A stretch of DNA of 64,000 bases, from the NCBI GenBank assembly GCA_963663035.1, contig OY760074.1, forward strand, positions 256,001-320,000, read 5' to 3'. A program made the translations under genes and the position numbers. The stretch is from Acidobacteriota bacterium (lineage in GTDB: Bacteria; Acidobacteriota; UBA6911; RPQK01; JADFOI01). Below, one piece after another: positions 1 through 9,009 of the stretch. The notes beneath the pieces were generated by a model that was given only the letters and a program-made list of their open reading frames with translations, was not told the DNA's origin and searched no databases. Each line of letters opens with the position of its first letter. Position 1 is the stretch's first letter.

Positions 1-113
1 TGTTCAGGGAGGTCAAGATCGAGGCCGCACAAGCCCTTCGACCGCAGGCGTTGCCTAAGGCTACGTCGAGGATCGAAGGGCGCGGAGAACGAAGAGCTTG
101 GCCTTCCTGGACA
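1..113. repeat. Nested hairpin repeat element, probably truncated at the window edge
   Basis: 1-17 (tgttcagggaggtcaag) pairs with 97-113; inner cccttcga/tcgaaggg stem; core ccgcaggcgt...tacgtcgagga (42-72) resembles the reverse complement of 47790-47820. Confidence 0.6.
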
Positions 114-260
114 CCCGCGCTAACCCTGAAACACAAGTCGTACCAATATCTTATCATTCACGAAAGAGCTACTCCCAGAGCTGCCAGGCGAGTGACCGAA
201 GTTTGGGCAGAAAACGAAGTCATTGTAAGCTGTGGCGAACGAGAGGGAGATTCTTTGAGC

Positions 261-2435
261 ATGATTAGGCGGTATCTTGGTTTAGGCGTCATTCTGTTCA
301 GCTGGTCTGCGTCCTCTGGACTTGCTGCCCAGGACGGTGCGGTGGAAGGCTCCGCAGAAAAAGTCACCACGGCTCAACGGATCGACACCAAGCTTGTCAT
401 CGATGGCGAACTTGACGAACCCGAATGGGATCTTGTGGAACCTATCAGCGATTTTGTTCAACAGGACCCGAGCCCAGGCGAGGCCATAACCGAGCGAACC
501 GAGGTTCGAATTCTCTACGATGATGAATTTCTCTACTTCGGTATTTACTGCTTCGATTCAGAAGGTGAGGAAGGGATTCTTGTCACCAATTTGCAAAGAG
601 ATTTTCGTCCCTTGGACGGCGATGTGTTTAGCCTGCTTCTGGATACTTTCGATGACGATCGCAACGGATTTCTCTTGAGTACCAACCCCTTCGGAGCCAA
701 ACGCGACACCCAGGTCGGAGAGGACGGAAGGATGAGTAATGGGGATTGGGATGGGATCTGGCATGTCCAAAGCAAGATCACTGAAAGTGGCTGGCAAGCG
801 GAAATGGCGATCCCCTTTACGACCCTCCGCTTTCGGAATACAGAAGAGCAGGTCTGGGGTCTGAACCTCCAACGACGCATCCGTCGTAAGAATGAGAGTG
901 CCCACTGGGCTCCTATTCCACGCCAGTACAGAATCAGTCGCATCTCACGAGCCGGAAGACTGGAGGGTCTCAGCGGGATCCGGCCCGGCCGCAATCTGTA
1001 TGTCAAGCCCTATATCAGCATGCCGGTCACGCGTCGGCAGGATGACGACGTCGATTTTCTTCCCGATGCTGGATTGGACCTGAAGTATGGGCTGAGTTCC
1101 GAGTTGACCCTGGATTTGACGGCCAACACAGACTTCTCACAGGTGGAAGCCGATGATCAGCAGATCAACCTGACTCGATTCAGCCTCTTCTTTCCAGAGA
1201 AGCGGGACTTTTTTCTGGAAAATGCCTCAGCCTTCCAGTTTGGCCCGCCAGGTGGTGGGGGTCTCCTGGGTGGTTTTCGGGACTTGATTCCCTTTTTCAG
1301 CCGACGAATTGGACTTTCCCAGGGCAGTCTCGTTCCGATACTGGGAGGAGCCCGCATGACGGGGAAGGTCGGGGACTACACTGTGGGTCTCCTTTCCCTG
1401 CAGGACGATGATTTCGAGGGGACTCCCTCTACCAACTTCTCGGTGATGCGGGTGCGTCGAGATGTTCTCAGCAACTCATCGATGGGAGGAATTTTTGTCA
1501 ACAAACATGAACTGGACGGTGATTCCAATCGCACCTACGGAGCCGATGTCAATTTCAGCTTCTATAGGTTTCTGGATGTCTCCACTTTCCTACTCAAGAC
1601 CGACACTCCCGAATTCCAGGACAAGGATCTGGCCGGCTTTTTCAGGGCCGCCTGGAGAGGCCCGCTGCTGACGGTCCAGGCAGACCATCTCTCCATTCAA
1701 GAAAACTTCAACGCGGAAGTAGGCTTTATTCCCCGTAAAGACATCCGGAAAACAACGGGAACGTTTGGGATACGGCCGAGGCCCCGCGAGCGGATCCCCT
1801 GGATTCGTGAATTCGAACCCTCCATCTCCATGACCTATCTTACCGACCAGGAAAACGTCCTGCAGACGCGAACCATCAACGGTCGCTTCTCAGTCAGGTT
1901 TCAAAATGAGGAACTGATCTGGTTTGCTGCCCAGTCGCGGTTTGAGCTCTTGACTGAAGACTTCGACATCCGGAGCGATCAGATGATTCCCGCAGGAGGC
2001 TATCAGTTCAATGAGTACACACTTTCGCTCCAAAGTAATGCTAGCCGTATGTTCAGTGGGAGCTTCAGAGCGGTCACGGGAGATTTCTGGGACGGTGAGA
2101 AGGACTCCTATCGTTTCAGCTTTCGCTTTCAACCCATGCCCCAATTTCGATCAGAGATCACCTGGAGCCACGACGATGTCAGGCTGCCCTCAGGGGATTT
2201 TGACACCGAGCTGGTCACCACTCGTCTGAACTATAGCTTCAACCCCAGCATGTTTCTCAATGCCCTGATCCAGTACAACAGCGATCGGAAGGAGCTCCGC
2301 AGCAATATTCGTTTCAATTTGATTCACAAGCCACTGAGCGACTTTTTCCTGGTCTACAACGAGCGGAGATCTTCAACGGGAGACGTAGCGGAACGAGCAC
2401 TCATTGCCAAGGTGACCTACGTCATTGGCCTCTAG
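261..2435 (+). CDS. CBM9-like (DOMON-like) plus DUF5916 domain protein, secreted or outer membrane
   Basis: Signal peptide after ATG 261 with GAGGGAG upstream; motifs IDGELDEPEW, NTDFSQVEAD, NLTRFSLFFPEKRDFFLE; paralog of the genes at 53.9-64 kb. Confidence 0.8.
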   Translation: MIRRYLGLGVILFSWSASSGLAAQDGAVEGSAEKVTTAQRIDTKLVIDGELDEPEWDLVEPISDFVQQDPSPGEAITERTEVRILYDDEFLYFGIYCFDSEGEEGILVTNLQRDFRPLDGDVFSLLLDTFDDDRNGFLLSTNPFGAKRDTQVGEDGRMSNGDWDGIWHVQSKITESGWQAEMAIPFTTLRFRNTEEQVWGLNLQRRIRRKNESAHWAPIPRQYRISRISRAGRLEGLSGIRPGRNLYVKPYISMPVTRRQDDDVDFLPDAGLDLKYGLSSELTLDLTANTDFSQVEADDQQINLTRFSLFFPEKRDFFLENASAFQFGPPGGGGLLGGFRDLIPFFSRRIGLSQGSLVPILGGARMTGKVGDYTVGLLSLQDDDFEGTPSTNFSVMRVRRDVLSNSSMGGIFVNKHELDGDSNRTYGADVNFSFYRFLDVSTFLLKTDTPEFQDKDLAGFFRAAWRGPLLTVQADHLSIQENFNAEVGFIPRKDIRKTTGTFGIRPRPRERIPWIREFEPSISMTYLTDQENVLQTRTINGRFSVRFQNEELIWFAAQSRFELLTEDFDIRSDQMIPAGGYQFNEYTLSLQSNASRMFSGSFRAVTGDFWDGEKDSYRFSFRFQPMPQFRSEITWSHDDVRLPSGDFDTELVTTRLNYSFNPSMFLNALIQYNSDRKELRSNIRFNLIHKPLSDFFLVYNERRSSTGDVAERALIAKVTYVIGL

Positions 2436-2585
2436 CCGGGATTATGCATAAATTTTCTACTGCAGTGCCGCAATCATCCACGCTGACTGCGTTGTGCGAC
2501 CCGCAAGCGGGTACCCCTTCGCACGCCTTGTCATCGCGGCGCCTGCGGCACTTCGTCACGAAAACCTATGCATAATCCCGGCTAG
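2432..2585 (+). repeat. MITE-like palindromic element, family A copy 1
   Basis: Perfect terminal inverted repeat ctagccgggattatgcata...tatgcataatcccggctag; the left CTAG contains the upstream TAG stop. Confidence 0.85.
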
Positions 2586-2656
2586 TCCATCCTGAGCTTT
2601 ACAAAAACTTACAAACTCCTGCTACACATCTAAGCCTGGGGTTCGTACTATACAAT

Positions 2657-4360
2657 ATGAAAATGAAGTTATCGGTTGGACTTTTGGCTACCTTGATGGG
2701 GCTGTTGTTGTCTCAGTCCGGGCTTGCCCAGCGGCAACCCGATCCTAATGCAATGTTCGAGCGACTGGACCAGAACAGGGATGGGGTCTTGACACAGGAC
2801 GAGCTTCCCGAGCAGCGCCAGGAATTTTTCGATCTGATGCTGCAAAGAGGAGACATCGACCAGGACGGTCGGCTCACCCAGGAAGAATTCACCGCCAGCC
2901 TGAGCGATGCAAGCGGACGTCCCCAGTTCGGCGGCAGGTCTCAACGGGGACGGGGCGGCGGTCAACCTCGCCCCATGAGGAGGCAGGGCAGGGCTCCCGA
3001 AGAGATATTCGAGCAGCTCGACAGCAACGGGGATGGCACAATCACGGCAGACGAAGTGCCCGAGCAGGCGCAGAGGATTCTGCAGATGGACCGCGATGGT
3101 GACGGCGTGATTACCAGGGAGGAGATCTCTCAAGGCCCTCCCGGTGGCCGCTTTGGACAGCCCCCAGGTATGGCTCCCGGTGGCCCGGGAGAACGAGCTG
3201 AAAGGATGTTCGAGGAGTTGGACAGCAATGGCGACGGACGGGTGACCAAGGAAGAAGTACCCGACAGGATGGAGCAGTTCCTGGAGCGCTTTGACCGCGA
3301 TGGGGACGGCATGGTCACCGAGGATGAAGTCTCCGGCCAACCTTTCCAGGGATCAGGACCCGCGGTCGGTCAATCTTTGCCCGACCTCCGAGTCTATGAC
3401 GCCCAGGGCAGGGAATTCCAGTTGAGCAGCCTGAAGGGGAACTATTCGGTTTTGGTTTTCGGCTGCCTCACCTGACCGCCCTTCTTACGAAACGTCTCCA
3501 GTTTGGAGACTATCTACCGCGATTACGCACCTCAAGGTGTCAACTTTTACTATATCTATAAAACTCTTGCTCATCCTGAGCTGGACGGCTACATCGAGCC
3601 GTTTACGCTCGAGGAGCGGCTGATGCACGTTAAGGAAGCCCAGCGGACACTGGGGAGCGAGATCACCTGGATCAGTGATTCCATGTCCAATGATTTGAGG
3701 CACGCCTTGGGTGATTCGCCCAACTCAGAGTTTGTGGTCGATCCGGCGGGCAAGATAGTGCGTTTGCGCGCCTGGAGTCGACCCGACGAGCTGCGTAAAG
3801 ATCTGGAGCAGCTTGTGGGGCCGGTGGAAAATCCCACCAGGGTGTCCGATCTCAACCTGAAAGTCGAGGCTCCCCCAAAGGTGGCGGCCTCGGGCGTGGT
3901 GCCACGAGTGAGGGTTCCCGGCAGGATGTTGACGGTCAGGATCGAGCCGAAGCCGAGTTCACAGCCCTATTACATGAAGCTGCGAGCTGAAGTGGATCAG
4001 CAGTTTCTGCGGGACGGTGAAGGGACTCTGTATGTTGGCTTTCATCCGGATCCCCTCTACCATGTGCACTGGAATAATTTGGTGGATCCGGTGAAGTATC
4101 AAATCACCACACCTGATGGAGTCACCGTGTCGCCGGCAGCGGGTGAAGGTCCCAAGGTGGAGGAAGCATCGGATATCGATCCGCGTGAGTTCTTAATAGA
4201 TATCAAGAAGACCGGGGATTCCCAGGATCCGTTGCAATTGGCCGTGCGTTATTTTGCCTGCAATGACGAGGAAGGCTGGTGTATAGCAGTCTCGCAAGAG
4301 TACGCGATTTATCTGGAGCCGGATCGCGACGCCGGCAGGACCTTCCGTCGAGGACGGTAA
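2657..4360 (+). CDS. Predicted selenoprotein (567 aa, Sec273): signal peptide, 6 EF-hands, deiodinase-like thioredoxin fold (CLTU), DsbD-alpha-like C-terminal domain
   Basis: ORFs 2657-3475 and 3503-4360 are in one frame with only TGA 3473-3475 between them; read-through gives VLVFGCLT-U-PPFLRN, like deiodinase FGSCTUPPF; downstream YIYKTLAHPELDGY; SECIS-like hairpin. Confidence 0.85.
3494..3510 (+). promoter_or_regulatory. Bacterial SECIS-like hairpin
   Basis: GTCTCCA-GTT-TGGAGAC: 7-bp stem with a G-starting apical loop 25 nt after the in-frame UGA. Confidence 0.7.
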
Positions 4361-4395
4361 GCCTTAGAACTCACTGCGTTCGCAGACGAAGCGAG

Positions 4396-5388
4396 TTATG
4401 GAAGAACTTTGGCTCGGCCAAGCGTGTTTTTATCGGTCCCGAACCAGATTTCTCCAGAGGAGCTGTCAAACATCATATGGCGCACGGCGCCACCACCACT
4501 TGCAATCTTGGTGACGCTGAAAAACTCTCGTGTCGTCGGATCAAAGCCCACGAACTGGTTGGGATCAGGACCGGTTTCAACGAACCAGAGTCGGTCGCTC
4601 GAGTCCACCGCCATTCCGTAGGGTCTGGAATCAGATCCTCCCGGCGAGACCCATTCTTCCGCCTCCCCAGTGGTGGGGTCCAGATGGCCCAGGGAGCCTC
4701 GAGCATAATCGACATACCAGACCTGGTCATCGGAGGTTACCTGTAAACGGCGAGGGCGGGCATCTTCATTGGGCAAGGTGTACTCTCTCAGCTTCATGGT
4801 TTGCGGATCGACGGTGCCGATCTTGTTGGTTCCCACTTCGGCAATCCAGGGCTGGTTTTTGGAATCGATGACGATCCCATAGGGACGGGCACTGGGAGTT
4901 GTGACCCGAATGAGCTGAATCTCACCTGTGGCAGTGGTCCGCTTGCCGATGAAATTCCCTCCCTGGACGGTAAACCAAATGTCGCCGTTGCCATCAAACA
5001 CCATGGTGTGAGGATCCTTGGCCTCAGGATCGGGCATTGGGTATTTGGCAATTTCCCCGGTCTCAGGATCCAGCCTGCCAATGTGGGCGGCTCGGTTTCC
5101 CGAGTACCAAACATCGCCTTCCTTATCCACAATCACATTGTGCGGGCCGGTGCCGGGTGTCAGGTCAAATTTGGTGAATTCCCCGGTGCTGACATCAAAA
5201 TTCGCTACATAGTGTGATCGTTGTCCCACAAACCAGACCCGACCCTGGCTGTCGACGAATGGATCACGGGGCCGGCTGTCTTCCCATGGAACCTCCCACT
5301 CGAGGATCTCTATCTCCTTCGCGCTGAGATCCGCAACTCCTGCAACCCAAACCAAGCTCACCAGAAAAACTGTAGCCAGCTTCTTCAT
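4396..5388 (-). CDS. Secreted Vgb (virginiamycin B lyase)-like beta-propeller protein
   Basis: Signal peptide; repeated PxxIxxDxxGxVWF blades and IGRLDPxTGE motifs. Confidence 0.8.
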   Translation of the reverse strand: MKKLATVFLVSLVWVAGVADLSAKEIEILEWEVPWEDSRPRDPFVDSQGRVWFVGQRSHYVANFDVSTGEFTKFDLTPGTGPHNVIVDKEGDVWYSGNRAAHIGRLDPETGEIAKYPMPDPEAKDPHTMVFDGNGDIWFTVQGGNFIGKRTTATGEIQLIRVTTPSARPYGIVIDSKNQPWIAEVGTNKIGTVDPQTMKLREYTLPNEDARPRRLQVTSDDQVWYVDYARGSLGHLDPTTGEAEEWVSPGGSDSRPYGMAVDSSDRLWFVETGPDPNQFVGFDPTTREFFSVTKIASGGGAVRHMMFDSSSGEIWFGTDKNTLGRAKVLP

Positions 5389-5514
5389 TTGTCAAACCTC
5401 CCAGGGAAATGATCGACTTCGTACGCTCCTCTTATTGTAGAGAGTTGCGATTGAGAAGGGAAATCTCATTCTCTCTACGAGCGAAGTGAGTCTCAGGGTA
5501 TACTCTGAGGAATT

Positions 5515-7050
5515 ATTGCTGGAAGTTCTCTTACCTTTGACGAGGATTTTGACGTCATCGTGGTCGGCTACGGCTATGCCGGGGCCATCACGGCCATCGA
5601 AGCGGCCAAGGCCGGAGCCCAGGTCCTGCTCACCGAGAAGATGCCAACCCCCGGCGGCATCTCGATTTGTTCAGGCGGAGCCGTGCGCAGCGCGCACGAT
5701 GCCAATGAGGCCTTTGCTTACCTCAAGGCCACCTGCGGAGGGCGTACCCCTGACGATGTGCTGCGCGTTCTGGCCGACGGTTTCGCGGCTGCCGAGGACT
5801 ATGTTCGCCTGCTTGCCGAGGGCACGGGTGCAGTCATCAGCACCCGCGAGAAGGGAGGTAACTATCCCTTTCCGGGGGTCAACACTTTTTACCACACCAA
5901 CATCGACGATCTGCCGGGCCTGGACGAGAGCTACTACCCGCATGTCTGCGCTCGGCCATCAGCAAACGGCTGGCGCCTCTTCAAGGTTCTGGAGGACAAC
6001 GTCGCCCGCCACAAGAATATCCAGGTTCGGCTGGAAATGCCGGCCAAGAGGCTGATCTCCAACGGAAAGAAGGAAGCGCTGGGCGTGACCTTCGAGACCA
6101 GGGACGGCCCACGACATGTCAAGGCGCGGCGGGGAGTTATCCTGGCCTGCGGTGGCTTCGAGGCCAATGAGGAGATGAAGCGACAGTATTGGGAGAAGGG
6201 GCCGGTGCTCACCGCCACCTCGAGAGCCAACACGGGAGACGGCATCCGCATGGCCCAGGATCTCGGTGCCGAGCTCTGGCACATGTGGCATTACCACGGA
6301 GCTTACGGGTTCAAGCATCCTGACCCCGACTACCCGGTGGCGATCAGGGTCAAGCGGCTGCCCGACTGGATGCCGGGCCGCGAGGCTACGGCCGGCGTCA
6401 AGATGGTCTGGATCCTGGTGGACCAGTACGGGAAAAGGTATATGAACGAATGCACACCGTATACCCATGACACCGCCCACCGCCGGATGGAGTTCTTTGA
6501 CACGGTGACACAGAGCTTCCCGCGCATTCCTTCCCACATGATCTTCGATGAAGAAGGTCGTGACCTCTACCAGATAGGTGCTCCCACCTACAACGAGCTG
6601 GGCATCGAATTCTCCTGGAGCGAGGACAATCTCAGGGAAGTGGAAATAGGGATCCTGAAACGTGCGGATTCGGTGCAGGAACTGGCCCAGATCATCAAGG
6701 CGGAGCCTGCCCTGCTGGAAGCGACCCTCGTCCGCTGGAACGAACTGTGCCAGCGCGGCCAGGACCAGGACTATGGCCGCCCGCCTGGCACCATGATGTC
6801 TGTGAGCACGCCGCCCTTCTACACGGGCCAGCTGTGGCCCGTGGTCTCGAACACCCAGGGAGGGCCCGTGCACAATACAAAGCAACAGATCATGTCTGTC
6901 TACGCTGAGCCGATCCCCCGGCTTTACTCAGCCGGAGAGCTGGGCAGCGCTTTCGGTTACCTGTATCTCTCGGGCGGCAACATCACCGAATGCTTCGTCA
7001 CCGGGCGCATTGCGGGCCGCGAGGCCGCCGCCCTGAGCCCGTGGGGTTAA
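5515..7050 (+). CDS. FAD-dependent oxidoreductase, FAD_binding_2 (fumarate reductase / 3-ketosteroid dehydrogenase-like); start uncertain
   Basis: DVIVVGYGYAG Rossmann motif, VILACGGF, NTGDGIRMA, TQGG, IPRLYSAGE; frame is open upstream of the listed GTG 5560 back to 5509. Confidence 0.8.
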   Translation: MAGSSLTFDEDFDVIVVGYGYAGAITAIEAAKAGAQVLLTEKMPTPGGISICSGGAVRSAHDANEAFAYLKATCGGRTPDDVLRVLADGFAAAEDYVRLLAEGTGAVISTREKGGNYPFPGVNTFYHTNIDDLPGLDESYYPHVCARPSANGWRLFKVLEDNVARHKNIQVRLEMPAKRLISNGKKEALGVTFETRDGPRHVKARRGVILACGGFEANEEMKRQYWEKGPVLTATSRANTGDGIRMAQDLGAELWHMWHYHGAYGFKHPDPDYPVAIRVKRLPDWMPGREATAGVKMVWILVDQYGKRYMNECTPYTHDTAHRRMEFFDTVTQSFPRIPSHMIFDEEGRDLYQIGAPTYNELGIEFSWSEDNLREVEIGILKRADSVQELAQIIKAEPALLEATLVRWNELCQRGQDQDYGRPPGTMMSVSTPPFYTGQLWPVVSNTQGGPVHNTKQQIMSVYAEPIPRLYSAGELGSAFGYLYLSGGNITECFVTGRIAGREAAALSPWG

Positions 7051-7065
7051 GCTTGACTAAGGCAG

Positions 7066-7141
7066 GTAGGGGCGCACAGCCGTGCTCCCAGAAACCTCTG
7101 TTTGTCAACGGGTTATAGGGCGCACGGCTGTGCGCCCCTAC
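7066..7141. repeat. GTAG-type REP doublet (REPIN-like)
   Basis: GTAGGGGCGCACAGCCGTGCTCCC ... GGGCGCACGGCTGTGCGCCCCTAC, inverted, between convergent genes. Confidence 0.75.
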
Positions 7142-7180
7142 ACAAGAAAGCTGGGTCAGCCGACTTTTGCGACACCCTAC

Positions 7181-7966
7181 TCAGCGCGCGGTGGAGCCGT
7201 CCAGGAAGCCAGCCACGGCGGCGTTGAAGGCTTCCGGATTGTCGAGGTTGGACAGGTGCCCAGCCTCGGGAATGACCTCCAGTTTTGCACCGGCGATGCT
7301 ATCGGCCAGGTGTTGAGCGTGGGAGAGGGGTGTCCGGTCGTCCTGCTCACCCACCACCACCAGCGTGGGGACACTCACCAGTCCCAGCAGTGGATTGACG
7401 TCGGTTGTCAGGACCGCCTTGAGCACTTCGAGGTAGCTCTTTTTGTCGAGCAGCGCTATCATCCCGGCCAATTCCTGGCGTGTCTCCCGCGCCGTCGAGG
7501 GGCGAAGAATTTCTCCCGCGGCCTGCTTTCCAAAGTCTTTCATGGTCAGGTAGTGCAGCGCTTCCTGGATTGCGTAGAGGCGGTCTGATGCCAGAGCGGG
7601 ATCAACCTGGGCAGTGCTGTCGGCCAGTACCAGGGAGCGGACACGCTGGGGCCAGCGAGCGTGGAAGGTCAGGCAAATGGATCCGCCCATGGAGAGCCCA
7701 ATCATGTGAGCGGACTCGATGCCCAGGACATCCAGACCGGCCTTGAGATCATCTGCAGCGTTCTCAATAGAGAAGGGACCGTTGCCCGAGGACTGACCGT
7801 GACAGCGGCAATCGAAAGCCACAGCATCAAACCGGTCACCCAGCTCATCGATCAGGCTACGCCAGACTTGGCCACTCGCAGCCAGGTTGTGGACCAACAC
7901 GGTTGCCGGGCCTTTCCCTTCCCGTATGTAGAACAAGACTTCGCCGTTGGCCTCAATCGTGGGCAT
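7181..7966 (-). CDS. Alpha/beta hydrolase, 3-oxoadipate enol-lactonase-like
   Basis: GLSMGG nucleophile elbow, GEQD acid, AGHLSN His. Confidence 0.8.
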   Translation of the reverse strand: MPTIEANGEVLFYIREGKGPATVLVHNLAASGQVWRSLIDELGDRFDAVAFDCRCHGQSSGNGPFSIENAADDLKAGLDVLGIESAHMIGLSMGGSICLTFHARWPQRVRSLVLADSTAQVDPALASDRLYAIQEALHYLTMKDFGKQAAGEILRPSTARETRQELAGMIALLDKKSYLEVLKAVLTTDVNPLLGLVSVPTLVVVGEQDDRTPLSHAQHLADSIAGAKLEVIPEAGHLSNLDNPEAFNAAVAGFLDGSTAR

Positions 7967-7970
7967 ATCG

Positions 7971-8996
7971 CTAAAAATATTTATCGATCATCTGCGTGAG
8001 ATCTTGCTGCTCCCGGGCGTCCATTTCAAGGACGCCCTCGACCATGCCCTGGATCTCCTCTCCCGGTAAATAATGAACGTAGAGGTTCCGCCGGGCCGTA
8101 GAAGCAATGAAATCCTCACTCTCCAGGCTCTTTTGAAGGGAGGTGTGCAAGAACTCAACTCGTTGGCTGGGGACTCCCGGAGGGCTGATCACGGCGCGCC
8201 CAATTTTCTCCAAGGCCAGTTCCCACTCCAGCCATTTTCGTGCCTCTTCAGTAATATCGGGGAACTCGAATATTGTGGGCACATCTGGGATTTCCTCCAC
8301 ACGAACGTTGTTGACCACCACCAGTGGAGTGAAGAGCCCGGCCTGGAAAGAATCCAATGCCGGGAGGACTGAAACGCAAAAGGCATGGACCTCGTTGCGC
8401 ATGATGGCCAGCTCTACGTCGGATTTCCCACGATACCCCGCTACCAGGCGGACATTTTCAATTTGTAGAGCTTCCGTGAGCAAGACGGTGCGAATGGAGT
8501 ACATGTCGTATTTGCTCATGGTGCCCAGTTTGAAAGCCGGAAGTGTCTTGAAGGTCTCAAGCGATGGGTCTTCAAAGGTGCCTCCCACCGCTAGAGCCCA
8601 GGAGTCGTAACTGAAGCGGCCCAGCCAGTTAAATTGACGAAGGTCATAGCGGGCGGATTCACTTTCCAGGATTTGATTCACGTAGGGTCCTACGGCAGTG
8701 GCGATTCCGATGGTTAACCCATCCTTTCGGGCCGAATTGTAAAGATAATTGAGAGAAAGGAGTCCTCCTGCTCCCGGCATGTTTCTCACGATGACGGTGG
8801 CTCCAGTGTGTTTTGAGAGCTCGGGAGCCATCATGCGGGCCCAGGCATCGTAGCCGCCCCCCGGGGAAGTCGGAACGATGATCTCCAGTACCCTCCCCCT
8901 GTAAAAATCCTCTGGCGCCAGGGCAGTCGAGTCCTGTTGGCAACCCACTTGCAGCAGCACAATAACCAACGCGGCCCATGGAGAAAATCGCATCAA
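7971..8996 (-). CDS. tctC: Tripartite tricarboxylate transporter substrate-binding lipoprotein (TctC/Bug family)
   Basis: Lipobox-like VGC; PTSPGGGYD, NMPGAGG, PDVPT motifs. Confidence 0.85.
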   Translation of the reverse strand: MMRFSPWAALVIVLLQVGCQQDSTALAPEDFYRGRVLEIIVPTSPGGGYDAWARMMAPELSKHTGATVIVRNMPGAGGLLSLNYLYNSARKDGLTIGIATAVGPYVNQILESESARYDLRQFNWLGRFSYDSWALAVGGTFEDPSLETFKTLPAFKLGTMSKYDMYSIRTVLLTEALQIENVRLVAGYRGKSDVELAIMRNEVHAFCVSVLPALDSFQAGLFTPLVVVNNVRVEEIPDVPTIFEFPDITEEARKWLEWELALEKIGRAVISPPGVPSQRVEFLHTSLQKSLESEDFIASTARRNLYVHYLPGEEIQGMVEGVLEMDAREQQDLTQMIDKYF

Positions 8997-9009
8997 TGCT
9001 CCAGTTCAA

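Noticed and set aside
51-260. N-terminal extension of the first ORF from TTG 51
   Set aside because: It runs through the hairpin repeat; the SD sequence and signal peptide point to ATG 261.
4396-5388. Streptogramin B resistance gene
   Set aside because: Only the Vgb-like propeller fold is evident; secreted homologs are widespread and resistance cannot be inferred.
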